Assembly: GCA_004764695.1 (NCBI GenBank)
Contig: SMSO01000031.1
Coordinates: 4,998,436-5,062,435, forward strand
Reading direction: 5' to 3'
Origin: Schizochytrium sp. TIO01
Lineage: Eukaryota; Protista; Bigyra: Labyrinthulomycetes
Length of the DNA: 64,000 nt
Shown here: piece after piece, positions 54,116 to 64,000 of the stretch
Layout: the number at the start of each line of letters is the position of its first letter
How positions within the stretch are numbered: position 1 is the stretch's first letter
Notes under the pieces: generated by a model
What the model was told of the DNA's origin: nothing
Seen by the model: the letters and a program-made list of their open reading frames with translations, nothing else
The model's database searches: none
Translations under genes and position numbers: made by a program

Positions 54116-55856
54116 ATGCACGAAGCGCCGAATGCACCCACGCTGCCTCGCAAGCCCTGCACGACAGTCAAGCCGTTCAAGGTCTGCATGATTCTCGCAA
54201 GCATCATCGTTTCAGCGGTCGTGCTATATGTGGGGAAAGAAGCAGAGAATAAAGAGCGGGTTTTTCACGACCGTGAGTCGTATCTTCATCCTAAAGGTCA
54301 CCAGTTTCTCGGCAGTCTGGGTGAATCTGGTCATCTCGGTGGAAAAGAAGACCGCAACGACGCTGAGTCCAGAGACGTGGGAGGAGCCTGTAAAGATGCA
54401 CTTGATTGTGAACTTAATGGGGAGTGCGTTGAAGGCTACTGTAAGTGTGACGCGGCGTGGACGGGGCCGAGATGTTCAAGACTCAGAGTCATCCCGGCGA
54501 AGGTAGAAGCAGGCCTGAGAAAACAGTCAACGACGACCTGGGGCGGTAATGTACTGAGAGATGTGAAGGCGGATGGCCAAGAAGAATTCCATATGTTTGT
54601 GTCGGAAATTGTCAATAGATGTGGCTTGAAGACGTGGCGTCATAATAGTCGGATCGTGAGAGCAACGTCCAAAGGCAATATTGTTGGGCCATATGAGGTT
54701 CAGGAAGAAGTAGTGCCAGTGTGGGCACACAATCCGCAAGCTGTGCGAACTAATGATGACAGAGTGTTGTTATTCCATATAGGTGATGGCACAGGCATAG
54801 CGCAGGCGCAGAATTGCCTCGCGTCCGTCCCGAAGGGCACGTCACCTTGTGGAGTTGTGAAGGTACCAGAAGTGCAGAATCGCAGCGGAATGTGGAACAT
54901 GCGAACCGCGCCGCTGGACCAATTTTCTGACAGAGATGAATCCGGTTTTCGTTTTGAATCATGGCTAGGTCAAGGCAAAGGAACTTCCAGAGTTTATACT
55001 GAAAAAACTAGAGTTCTCCGCAAGAGCTCTGGTAAGGAAAAAGAATTAGATGGAGGTTCTTCTGACAGATATGCTCCGCCCATGGAGATTCCATATAGCT
55101 ATGCTGATGTATTCAAGCAGCTCAAAACCAAAGGTTCTGCAACCTTTAATTTTACATTTCCTGTGCATGTGGGAGAGTCAGTACTTGGCCCATGGACCCC
55201 GATGAACATACCTATTGACTTTGATGTAGGTGATAATGCGAATCCTGCGCCATTAGTCCTTCCAAATAATACAATTCTAATATTGTTTCCATGCAATCAA
55301 GGATTTCGCATTAGCCGAGTCCGTAAGCAACGACTGGAGGGGACCATACAAGCTTCGCAGCATTGGTGGTTGTGGCAAAGGAGAAGATCCATTCTTATAC
55401 GTGGATAAGCGGGGCCACTTCCATTGTTTGGCCCATGCCGCTCCTTTCACACAGCCTACTAAATCAATTGTCCACTCCTACTCCACCGACGGATATCATT
55501 GGCATACATCAACCGATGCTGCCGCCGGAAGTCTGGTTGAGTTTGAGCAACCTTACGGAAGTGTTTTGTTCTCCAAACGAGAACGCCCAAAGCTTTTGTT
55601 CAATAAGGACCATGAAATTACGCATCTAATAACTGGTGTGACCCTTACACCCGAATGTACACCAAAGTTTTTGTACAAAGATGGTCATGAGAAGCTTCCT
55701 GATCGTTGCCTTGACGAGAGAGCCCAGTATCTTTTGACAAATGGAAATCCTTGTCCAGGCCATTACGATCGAGGATTTACTCTCATTCAAGAGTTAGGAC
55801 AGCCTTCATCTGAGGCCCATGTTCCTTCAAGTGACATTGCCTATAGTACGCAATGA
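54116..55856 (+). CDS. Type II membrane/secreted protein: EGF-like domain plus five-bladed beta-propeller (GH43/arabinanase-like fold), ~579 aa, with a +1 frameshift near 55281-55300
   Basis: N-terminal TM ILASIIVSAVVLYV; EGF CKDALDCELNGECVEGYCKCDAAWTGPRC; propeller-type motifs TWGGNV, HMFVSE, GPYE, WAHNP and NPAPLVLPN. The +1 frame continues DFALAESVSNDWRGPY..GEDPFLYVDKRGHFH..HSYSTDGYHW..RERPKLLF. Start could alternatively be ATG 54188. Confidence 0.75.
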
Positions 55857-56095
55857 ATTGTTCAATAGTCTGCACATAAAAATTCGAAACATTGATTTTG
55901 TTTTCTCAAAACTAATTCAATTTTGTTCAAAAAGAGGGAACATAAGTTATCATTAATTAAAAAAAATTCCTTTTTTGGTTCTTGTGTAATATGCACCTGT
56001 ATTGGGACTTATAGACAGTTTATTCTACTTCATTTCTGGATTATCGTTTGATAGCTATACAGCAACGTACCGGTGAAATGTCAAATATGGGTTCT

Positions 56096-59000
56096 TTAAA
56101 GGCCAAACCGCTTCTTTTTTCGCTTCGAAGCGTGCCCAGCCTTAGGTTTGGCTCGTCCAAGTTGAACTTGGTTTGATGAGGAAGCGGGCGACAAAACACG
56201 ACCAGATGTAGCTCCCAGAGAGGATGAAACTGCCCGGGTCTCACCCTCGTGATCAAGAGATGATTGAAGGGTGTGGCGATCATGGTCTTCGTACCCCTTG
56301 ATAGAAAAGAACATGGGGCCCATTTCGGCCAGCCACAGAGGATCAATAGCGGTTACTGTGCGCATATACTCTTTAGTTGTGAGCACCAACTCATGATACA
56401 CTACATAGTCTGGTGTTTCGCCAATACCACAAATGGCTGAAGATGGATGCAGGTTTGCAGGTGTCCCATTGAGTAAATTGATGTATTCTGTAATAGATTT
56501 GAGGCGAGTTGCGTGAACAAAGTAAGCTGAGCATATAGCCTTCCGAACAAGGTCCCATGCTGGTGTCCCTGACACAGCGGTGACGCCCGGAGGAAGAGGA
56601 GGAGCCATACTTTCAAGCTGTTGGCGAACTTCATGCGCTTTCACAACAGCCTTTCGATGAATAAAGTGTTTTGCGCACCATGCAGCGTTGAATTTCTGTC
56701 GCTTGCAGAGGTTATAGACATTGCACAACGTCAAGTGATCTGATTCTGGCACGAAAAAACGTTCTCTCGCTTGATCGGACTCCTCAGCGCGCTCTGCGGG
56801 TCTATAAAAAACCTCCGGGACCGATAACATGGAAACAACCGTGAGAATATCTTCTGTACAGCCAAAATTACTTGCAGTAATAAGCATTTTAGCCAAGGGT
56901 GGATCCAATGGGTATTTGCTCATTTGCTTACCAAGCTCGGTAAGCTCACCCCATTCATCAAGAGCGCCAAGAACCCACAGCTGATACATAGAGTCCACAA
57001 TATTCTCCTTGGGAGGAGGATCCATGAAGTCAAAACTAAGTAAGTCGCGCACACCAATAGATTTCAGCAGTAGTACAACGTTTCCTAAGTTTGTTCGTTG
57101 GATTTCAGGAACTTGCGCTGGCAACAATTCATGAATGTACTGATTCTCCGTGTACATTCGCCAGCAAAACCCTTCGGATGTACGCCCAGCACGACCAGCC
57201 CGCTGGTTTGCGTTCGCTTGAGAGACAGGAGTGATGCGCAAGGCATCCATGCCCACACGTGGGTTGAACACTTTGAGCTTGCACATACCAGAATCAATGA
57301 CATATCGAATACCATCCACCGTCAAAGATGTCTCTGCAATATTTGTGGAAACAATGCACTTACGTTGGCCTGGCTTGGCTCGCTCAAAAATCTTGCTTTG
57401 CAGATCTGCAGGAAGCTGCGAGTACATTGGCAAAAGTAGGAGTTCTGGAACTCCATCGCCAAGGCTTTCAATACGGTCTGCCAAGAGCTGACATGTTGCG
57501 GTAATATCCTCCTGCCCAGTCATGAAAATAAGAATATCGCCAGGAGGGGAGGTAAGATGCACTTCGAGGGCCTGCTTAACCGCTGCGTCAACATAGTCGG
57601 GGAGCACAGACTTGGCAAAATAGGTCTCTACTGCAAAAGTACGACCTGGAATATGAAATGTTTCACAGCCACCAAAGAATCGTGAGAACTTTTCAGCATC
57701 CATTGTAGCGGAGGTAACAATAAGTTTAAAATCTAGACGCCGTTGAACGACACCCTTGAGAATGCCAAATAGTACATCTGTGAAAAGAGAGCGTTCATGG
57801 GCCTCGTCCATAACTACGCAAGCATATTTGTCAAGGTCTGGGCTGCTAAGCGTCTCGCGCATGAGAACACCATCCGTCATGTACTTAATTTCAGTTTCCG
57901 GAGATGTGCAGTCTTCAAAACGGATGGCATAACCAACTGTTGAACCTGTAGGGCATCCAACTTCTTCTGCCACACGTTTTGCTACGCTCATGGCTGCGAC
58001 ACGCCGGGGCTGAGTACACGCGACCAGCAATTTTTCTCCAGAAGATGATTTCGTGTAGCCATCTTCACGAAGATATTGCGTAAGCTGTGTGGTCTTACCG
58101 CTACCAGTCTCACCAACCACTACAATGACCTGGTTGCTTCGCACCACGCGAAGCAGCTCGTCACGAACTTGGCGAACGGGAAGGTTTGCACGTACGTTTC
58201 TTATTTTCTCACGTTCATCAGCATCAAGAATATCCTCTGTTGGCTGCATATCTTTCTTTGGATCTGCAGATATGGATGAAGACGATGACGTTGCTGGTTT
58301 TGTTTCAGTGCCTTCCTGCGCCATCTTAACTCCAGTAACCTTGTCAAGGTCAAAGCTAGCTTCTTCCTCTTGGGACTGGCCATAATCAGCATCCCCTTTC
58401 TCTCCAATGGCATTTCCCATCTTGCTGCCACCAAGTTCCCAAAACTTGTGTTTCATACGTGTACGCATGAGGTGTTCACGAAGTTTCTTGACTGCCGGAG
58501 ACCCACGACTAGCTGAAATGGCCATATCACATTTTTCGTCCACCACTACTTGCGCAGCTTCTGCAGCGTTGTCAAGGCTCCTCACGAGGTCACCCTCTTT
58601 CAAAAACTTGGGCCTAATGTTTCTCACAAGCACTACTGTGCGTTCATCAGTCTCAGTTTGGGCATGGATGTCATAGGTTCGGCCTCTTTTTACGCCACTG
58701 CGAAACATGAGCTCTTGCTCCCAAGCAGATTCATGTTTTGCTCTTTCCTCTGCATGCATCCTGGATGCTAGGGATCTGCGAGGCTCTCGCTCCATGCGTT
58801 CCTGGCGGGCTTTCCATTTGACTTCATCACCAAGAAATGCACCTTCGCCACCAGCTCCGGATTCCTCGGCATCGTAATAGCTTCTCTCAAACTCGTTGCG
58901 GTCCAGATCCGCGCGAGCTCCGCCACTACTGCCGATTTGGCTGCCAAGAACTGTGGTATTATCATCTTCCTCAGGATCACCACTTTGTGATTTGATCTGT

Positions 59001-59263
59001 TTATAGAGCGATTCGAGGCGGTCCTGAGGCTCGAGACGGAATCCTCTCGCGAATCTCGCTGCCTCGTCCACAAACGCATCGAAGGACCTACATGAGCGAC
59101 CTGCGTCCACAAGTCGTGCGGCCACAGCACGCCAGTCGCTTCCGCTTCCGCCAGCCACACGAGCAAAGGCCTCGGAGGCAGCGTCAACAGCGGTGTCCAT
59201 GGCGAGAGGAGTGCGGAAAGGAGAGTAAACAAGGTCTGCCAACCCATTTAATTCTTCTAACAT
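56096..59263 (-). CDS. DHX38: Pre-mRNA splicing DEAH-box RNA helicase PRP16
   Basis: GETGSGKTTQLTQYL, TQPRRVAAMSVAKRVAEE, DEAHERS, TSAT, STNIAETSLT, QRAGRAGR, plus PRP16-type features (WELGGSKMGN, LPADLQSKIF, VPESDHLT). Start is ATG 59263 or 59200. Confidence 0.93.
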   Translation of the reverse strand: MLEELNGLADLVYSPFRTPLAMDTAVDAASEAFARVAGGSGSDWRAVAARLVDAGRSCRSFDAFVDEAARFARGFRLEPQDRLESLYKQIKSQSGDPEEDDNTTVLGSQIGSSGGARADLDRNEFERSYYDAEESGAGGEGAFLGDEVKWKARQERMEREPRRSLASRMHAEERAKHESAWEQELMFRSGVKRGRTYDIHAQTETDERTVVLVRNIRPKFLKEGDLVRSLDNAAEAAQVVVDEKCDMAISASRGSPAVKKLREHLMRTRMKHKFWELGGSKMGNAIGEKGDADYGQSQEEEASFDLDKVTGVKMAQEGTETKPATSSSSSISADPKKDMQPTEDILDADEREKIRNVRANLPVRQVRDELLRVVRSNQVIVVVGETGSGKTTQLTQYLREDGYTKSSSGEKLLVACTQPRRVAAMSVAKRVAEEVGCPTGSTVGYAIRFEDCTSPETEIKYMTDGVLMRETLSSPDLDKYACVVMDEAHERSLFTDVLFGILKGVVQRRLDFKLIVTSATMDAEKFSRFFGGCETFHIPGRTFAVETYFAKSVLPDYVDAAVKQALEVHLTSPPGDILIFMTGQEDITATCQLLADRIESLGDGVPELLLLPMYSQLPADLQSKIFERAKPGQRKCIVSTNIAETSLTVDGIRYVIDSGMCKLKVFNPRVGMDALRITPVSQANANQRAGRAGRTSEGFCWRMYTENQYIHELLPAQVPEIQRTNLGNVVLLLKSIGVRDLLSFDFMDPPPKENIVDSMYQLWVLGALDEWGELTELGKQMSKYPLDPPLAKMLITASNFGCTEDILTVVSMLSVPEVFYRPAERAEESDQARERFFVPESDHLTLCNVYNLCKRQKFNAAWCAKHFIHRKAVVKAHEVRQQLESMAPPLPPGVTAVSGTPAWDLVRKAICSAYFVHATRLKSITEYINLLNGTPANLHPSSAICGIGETPDYVVYHELVLTTKEYMRTVTAIDPLWLAEMGPMFFSIKGYEDHDRHTLQSSLDHEGETRAVSSSLGATSGRVLSPASSSNQVQLGRAKPKAGHASKRKKKRFGL

Positions 59264-62200
59264 CCCAAAAATGAGTGGAAAAAATAATCACTAAGTATTC
59301 TAACGAAGCCTACTACGTGTAGTGTACGGGATTCATTCATTCATGGGACTCAGGTCAGCTATAACTGGTATGTTACGCCTAACTTGTTTCGAGTTCAACG
59401 AATGCGAAGCTGATGAAGAGCCCATCTCTGCTCCATATTTGGCTTTCAACTCAGCTTCGGTTGCCCGTCTGCTGAATAGGCAGAGAACGCAATTCATGTA
59501 AATATACTAAACAGCTTGATGAGTAATACATCATGAAGGAAAATCGAAATGGGACCATGTGTGACAATAACTAATCGAATTATCACAGAGAGAGGAACCA
59601 AAGAACTATTGAGCGAGTTAAACTTGTTTCGAACCTTTTCTACTGGGTCGTTTCTTAAAGTACTGGTTTATTAGAGTTTTTCGCAGATTTCTAGTGAAGA
59701 ATTACAAAGATGTATCCAAGCGATTGGTCGAAGCGGTGGACAGTTATAAATTATTCAAGAAAAAAAATTAAATTCGATTTAAATGGTCAAATCAATAGAT
59801 GTTGAAACAGTTCTTCGATCTACAAATGCTAGTTCAAATAGCGAGTGAATGCGGTAAGAGATTCCTTTTCGGGTAAAGATGCAAAAAAAAATGTCAACTT
59901 CACTGGAATATAAGAGACTAGCTTTTCGACTCTCGACCCAAACCAAATTTGATCTCAGCTCTAATACCTGAATAGCCAAAGGTAGTAAACACGAACTCGA
60001 CCTACTCTCAATAACTGTGTGGTCTTGACTATTGGTGCGCCAGTTGAGATTGGGATAAATGCTTCCTGGAAATGTTTTTGATTCAGTACGTTAAGCGTCG
60101 CCTCAATTAGTGAATCATGTCTTTTTAAAGCTTCTCAACGTCCATTTGTACTAGTTGGATACCACAATTCTGCATCCCTTGCCTCTAGGTAAGAAGAGCA
60201 TTGGCTATCCGATGCTGGGTAACAATCGCCTTAATACAATTTGATTTTGCGAATATTTTTATGAAGTAAACGATACGTCGCGTAGCTGCTGTAAAGTGAG
60301 CATCAAAACTAAAATCCCTCATTCTTGGTCCTGTATGAGTGAATCGCTCAATGTTTACATAGGCGCTGGCTATAAAGATAAGAGCACTTTAGGATTTGGT
60401 CTTAGGAGACATATGTCCTTTCTGACTCTACCACCTCTTATCCAGCTCCATCTCTGAGCAACACCTGGCGCACGTGTAGTCTGCAATTGGTGATAGGTTG
60501 ATAGGTGCACCCATGCCAACAACAACCAAATTTCCAATGTGTTGTTGCGTTGTTCCCCGAGCTGACGAATTTGTAAACTTTGTTTTCTAATCAATGATAA
60601 CCATGACACGTACAACTGTGAAGACATTTCTCCTACGACTCATCTGGCACATTTGCGATATCTCTTTGTTGATTTGTATCTCGTACACGATTCGACTGAT
60701 CGAGGAAAAAAGCTGATCTCGCAACTTATTGACAATGCAGTGTGCGTCCGCGACTTTTGTAACTTTACATTGATCCTCAATGCAATCTGTGACAGCTTTT
60801 AGGTATGTTGAACATCATAGAAAGGCAAGTTACATTTGTTACACGAAAGGAGGCGTTTGCAGGAAACACCTTAACTGCATATTTAGTATCACTGGGTGAT
60901 ACTGTGCCAATTCCACCCAAAGGACATCTTTGTTAAATTGTGCCTTTATAAGATTGATTGCAATTTCTTGAATTTAAATCATGCGAGCATTTCAGCATCT
61001 TAGATGGCAAGGTCGTAAATTATCGACTCCAGGCGCTCGCGTTGATCACTGATCCGTACATCAGTGCCATTCTCGACCGAGGACATAGACGTTCTTCCTT
61101 TGGACATATGACGAAAGCAATTCCGAAAAAGCTGGAACGTGATCTAAGACGCCCTCCATCGTTTATGCACTGATGATAAACAGAGTAGCGATTGGTTCTT
61201 TGTGGATAAGATCTGACAACTTCATAACTTTTTTCAAAAGACAACTTGATAAAGTGTGTTCCTCATGAAACGGTACCTAGGTTTCAGGCGAAAGCGCAGT
61301 GTGAGGTGCAGAGCGCACCAACTCTTCGCTATAGATGGTTCCTCGGAAGGTTTCTTACTCTTCAGTAGGCAAACTTCAATGATTAATTTACAATCCACAT
61401 ATGCACACTGACTTTCGTGGTCAAAGTCTTACCAACTTTCAGCTCTTCCAGCATCCTTGCCGAGAGAACCTTTACGAGCACAGCTCGTATAATCCTCACT
61501 TCAGCAAAGCCTTGAGGATGCCTTAATAGCCTTAGTTACAAAATTCCACGCTCTTTCTCTAGAGGTCGATCAATGTGAAGAGAACGCTCATCTATAGCTG
61601 CTTGAAGTTTTCTTAATGGCCCAGGGCAATATATCTTCGTGGTTTTTGCACAGGCTGCAATACTAGAATTAGACATAGGTTAAAACCAGTTTGGTTCATA
61701 TCTGTTCCCTCCAACTCGCGTCCTACAGAAGGGAGTTTCTTTTCAGCAAAATTCGAAAGTCCAAATAATTTCCGTATACCGCATATGGTTTTCAATGTCT
61801 CAAACTCTCTAGGATCATCGCGGAGCACCATTTCATTCGCTCCAACCACGCTTGAAGTCAATTTCTTTGTAACACCGGCTGCTCTTCGCTTTGGTCTATG
61901 CACTTGAGTAGAAACTGTTCACTTGAGAGACTCAGGTTGCCTGTTCCGCTTCCTGGAGCGATCCCGATTGTCTTCAAGGGGATTAGTGTTATGCTGTGAT
62001 GCAACAGAGTAACATATATCGTGGTTGCTCTATTTGAAACCAGTAAACAATTCATGAAGAGAAATCAGTATTCAGTTCTCCAGAGCGCGCAAGAAGTGGA
62101 ATGTTGTTTGATGATTTGAACTTCTCACACGAGAAAACAACCGGAACAAATATATTGAGTGGTACGCGTGTCGTCAAGCAGCTAACTGCACGATTGGTTT

Positions 62201-62270
62201 TCATACTTCTATCACCAGCCTAAATCGGTCTCGATAATCGTAAAACCGTCTATCAACAAGGTACCGCTCT

Positions 62271-62372
62271 CAAAGGCCGTTCCTTTTTTTAATATTTTAA
62301 TATTTTTTTTAACCTACTTGACAAAGGCCGTTCCTTTTTTTAATATTTTAATATTTTTTTTAACCTACTTGA
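62271..62372. repeat. Perfect 51-bp tandem duplication
   Basis: caaaggccgttcctttttttaatattttaatattttttttaacctacttga occurs at 62271-62321 and again at 62322-62372. Confidence 0.9.
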
Positions 62373-64000
62373 GTATAAGTCTCAGTACATAAGAGATATT
62401 CATCCTTACTTGGGTTTTAGCCAAGCAACAGCAAAACACTCATACAAATATCTCACACCTGGAGAGATTGAACTCGAGTAAAATTCGGCAGGTTCCATGG
62501 TAAGGCCACGATTTTGATCCTCCTGTCCTCGGTCATCTCCAGAAAACAGCTCTTCTTTTCAACCTGCCTTCAATTTTATGATCTTGGATGACCATCATTT
62601 TTAATGCTTTTTGAAGTACTTATTACAGAAGATAGAAGGATGTTCTCTCGTTTTGCCCAAGTTAAAAGATTTTATCACAGTACCTCTGACTAGTGAGAGT
62701 GAAAGATGCTTGACAGGAGCACGCAATTCTGCAAATGGAGAATGGATTTGCGCATTCTTCGTTTGTAGGTCCTTTGTCGGAAACCCTGTAAGCTTTCAAA
62801 AAATGAAGTTTCAACACCATAGAGACTACAAACTCTGCGAGAAAGGACACAGTGGATACCAATAGGTACGAAAGAAAGGAAAAAGAAAGAAAGATGCTTC
62901 TTCTAAGTCCCATCTTCAATGTCCTACAGATCCATAACCAACTGCTATTGCACCCTACCCTCTATTTACACTAATCTCGTCTTCTCGTACCTTGTACGGG
63001 TCACTCTTCCTGTGATCCCACCGTGTCCCGTATGTGGCCACCTGCAGGAGGGGTTGCAGAAAGTTCGACCGGCCTCTATGCACAAGCAGGCCCGCTCTCG
63101 GCCTGTCTGGAACGCCTCCGCTGCAGCGCCGATGGCTCCTATCCTCGCATAGTTGACTTCTACTTTTAGGAGTATAATAAACTCTTACTGGCAGCTAGGC
63201 AGAAGTCGTTCTCTGCTGTGACCGCAGAACTTGCAGCGGAGTGGGGGGCTATGCAGTCCGTAGCTAGTCTTACGCGCAGTCCTGAGGAAGTCTTAGCTGG
63301 GCTATACTTTTGACTAGGCGCGAAAGAAAAGAAAAAAGAAACTTAATTAAATAAGGGATCTGTGAAAGAAATTGATTGATAGATTGATAGATTGTGATAG
63401 AAGAAGAAGATGCTTCGACACAGAGCTTAATCAAGTGGTAATAGTCGATTTGGCGGTTCATTGCTGCGGCTGCGGTTAATTTCGCAAAGATTCTCTGCCT
63501 GAAAGATAAAGGCGAACAAGGTCGAGTAGTACGTTCTGAAAACACCTGCAACTTTTCGATGGAGGTTTTCTTTCTTATTTTTGTAAATGACAAAAACTCG
63601 GCTTCCTTTTTCAACAACATTCTTAAAATTTATTCATTGAAGGTGTGTGTCCAAGTGTACTTTCCACTTGCGCAGAGGCTATAACCCACTGGCTCCGCTC
63701 TATAGCCTACTGTGTGGCTCCCTCAATAGCCCACTTGCGGGAGATTCTCTAGCTCTGTTACGCAGCTATCTATCTCTCTATCTATCTGTTGGTGCGTCTG
63801 TTCGTTTGTACTTTCTTTAAAAGCGCTTTCAAGTAAGAAATAACAGCTCACTCATAAAACATCGTTTACTTTACTTTCCTTTCCTTCGCTGCCCGTGCCA
63901 ACCAAGTTTGCCGATGGCGCTCTTCGCGCAGAACGAGCTGTGTGCTTTGCCTGCCGCAGCATGCCACTCTTGAGCAAGAGAAGAAAGACGCCAAGGCCTT

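Overview
Eukaryotic, intron-poor nuclear DNA. It has GT-AG introns with CTRAY branch points, long AT-rich microsatellite-bearing intergenic spacers and mostly single-exon genes. Gene content and a TTAGG tract suggest a marine heterotrophic stramenopile such as a thraustochytrid (inference, not proven). Recognisable housekeeping genes are SF3B3/RSE1, PEX5 (3 exons), RPL32 (2 exons, missed by the ORF track), an RWDD1/GIR2-like RWD protein, PRP16/DHX38, a BASS/SLC10 symporter (2 exons) and a PILS/AEC transporter. The most unusual items are: (1) a 969-aa ACBP-ACBP-thioester reductase-SDR fusion, i.e. a bacterial-type two-domain fatty acyl-CoA reductase with two acyl-CoA-binding domains added, lying next to PEX5; (2) two genes (SF3B3 and an EGF/beta-propeller gene) each needing a +1 frameshift at a site containing xTT-CCA, which is either an assembly error or recoding; (3) a PEX5 whose PEX7-binding motif sits alone on a skippable phase 0-0 exon; (4) a 1875-aa PAN/Cys-rich type I surface protein with Ser/Thr-rich strand-like segments; (5) a GPI-anchored MSP130/choice-of-anchor-I protein; (6) a PKA-like pseudokinase with DFG replaced by GFT. 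I found no rRNA, tRNA, CRISPR array or intact mobile element. All family assignments are by eye from motifs; no searches were run.
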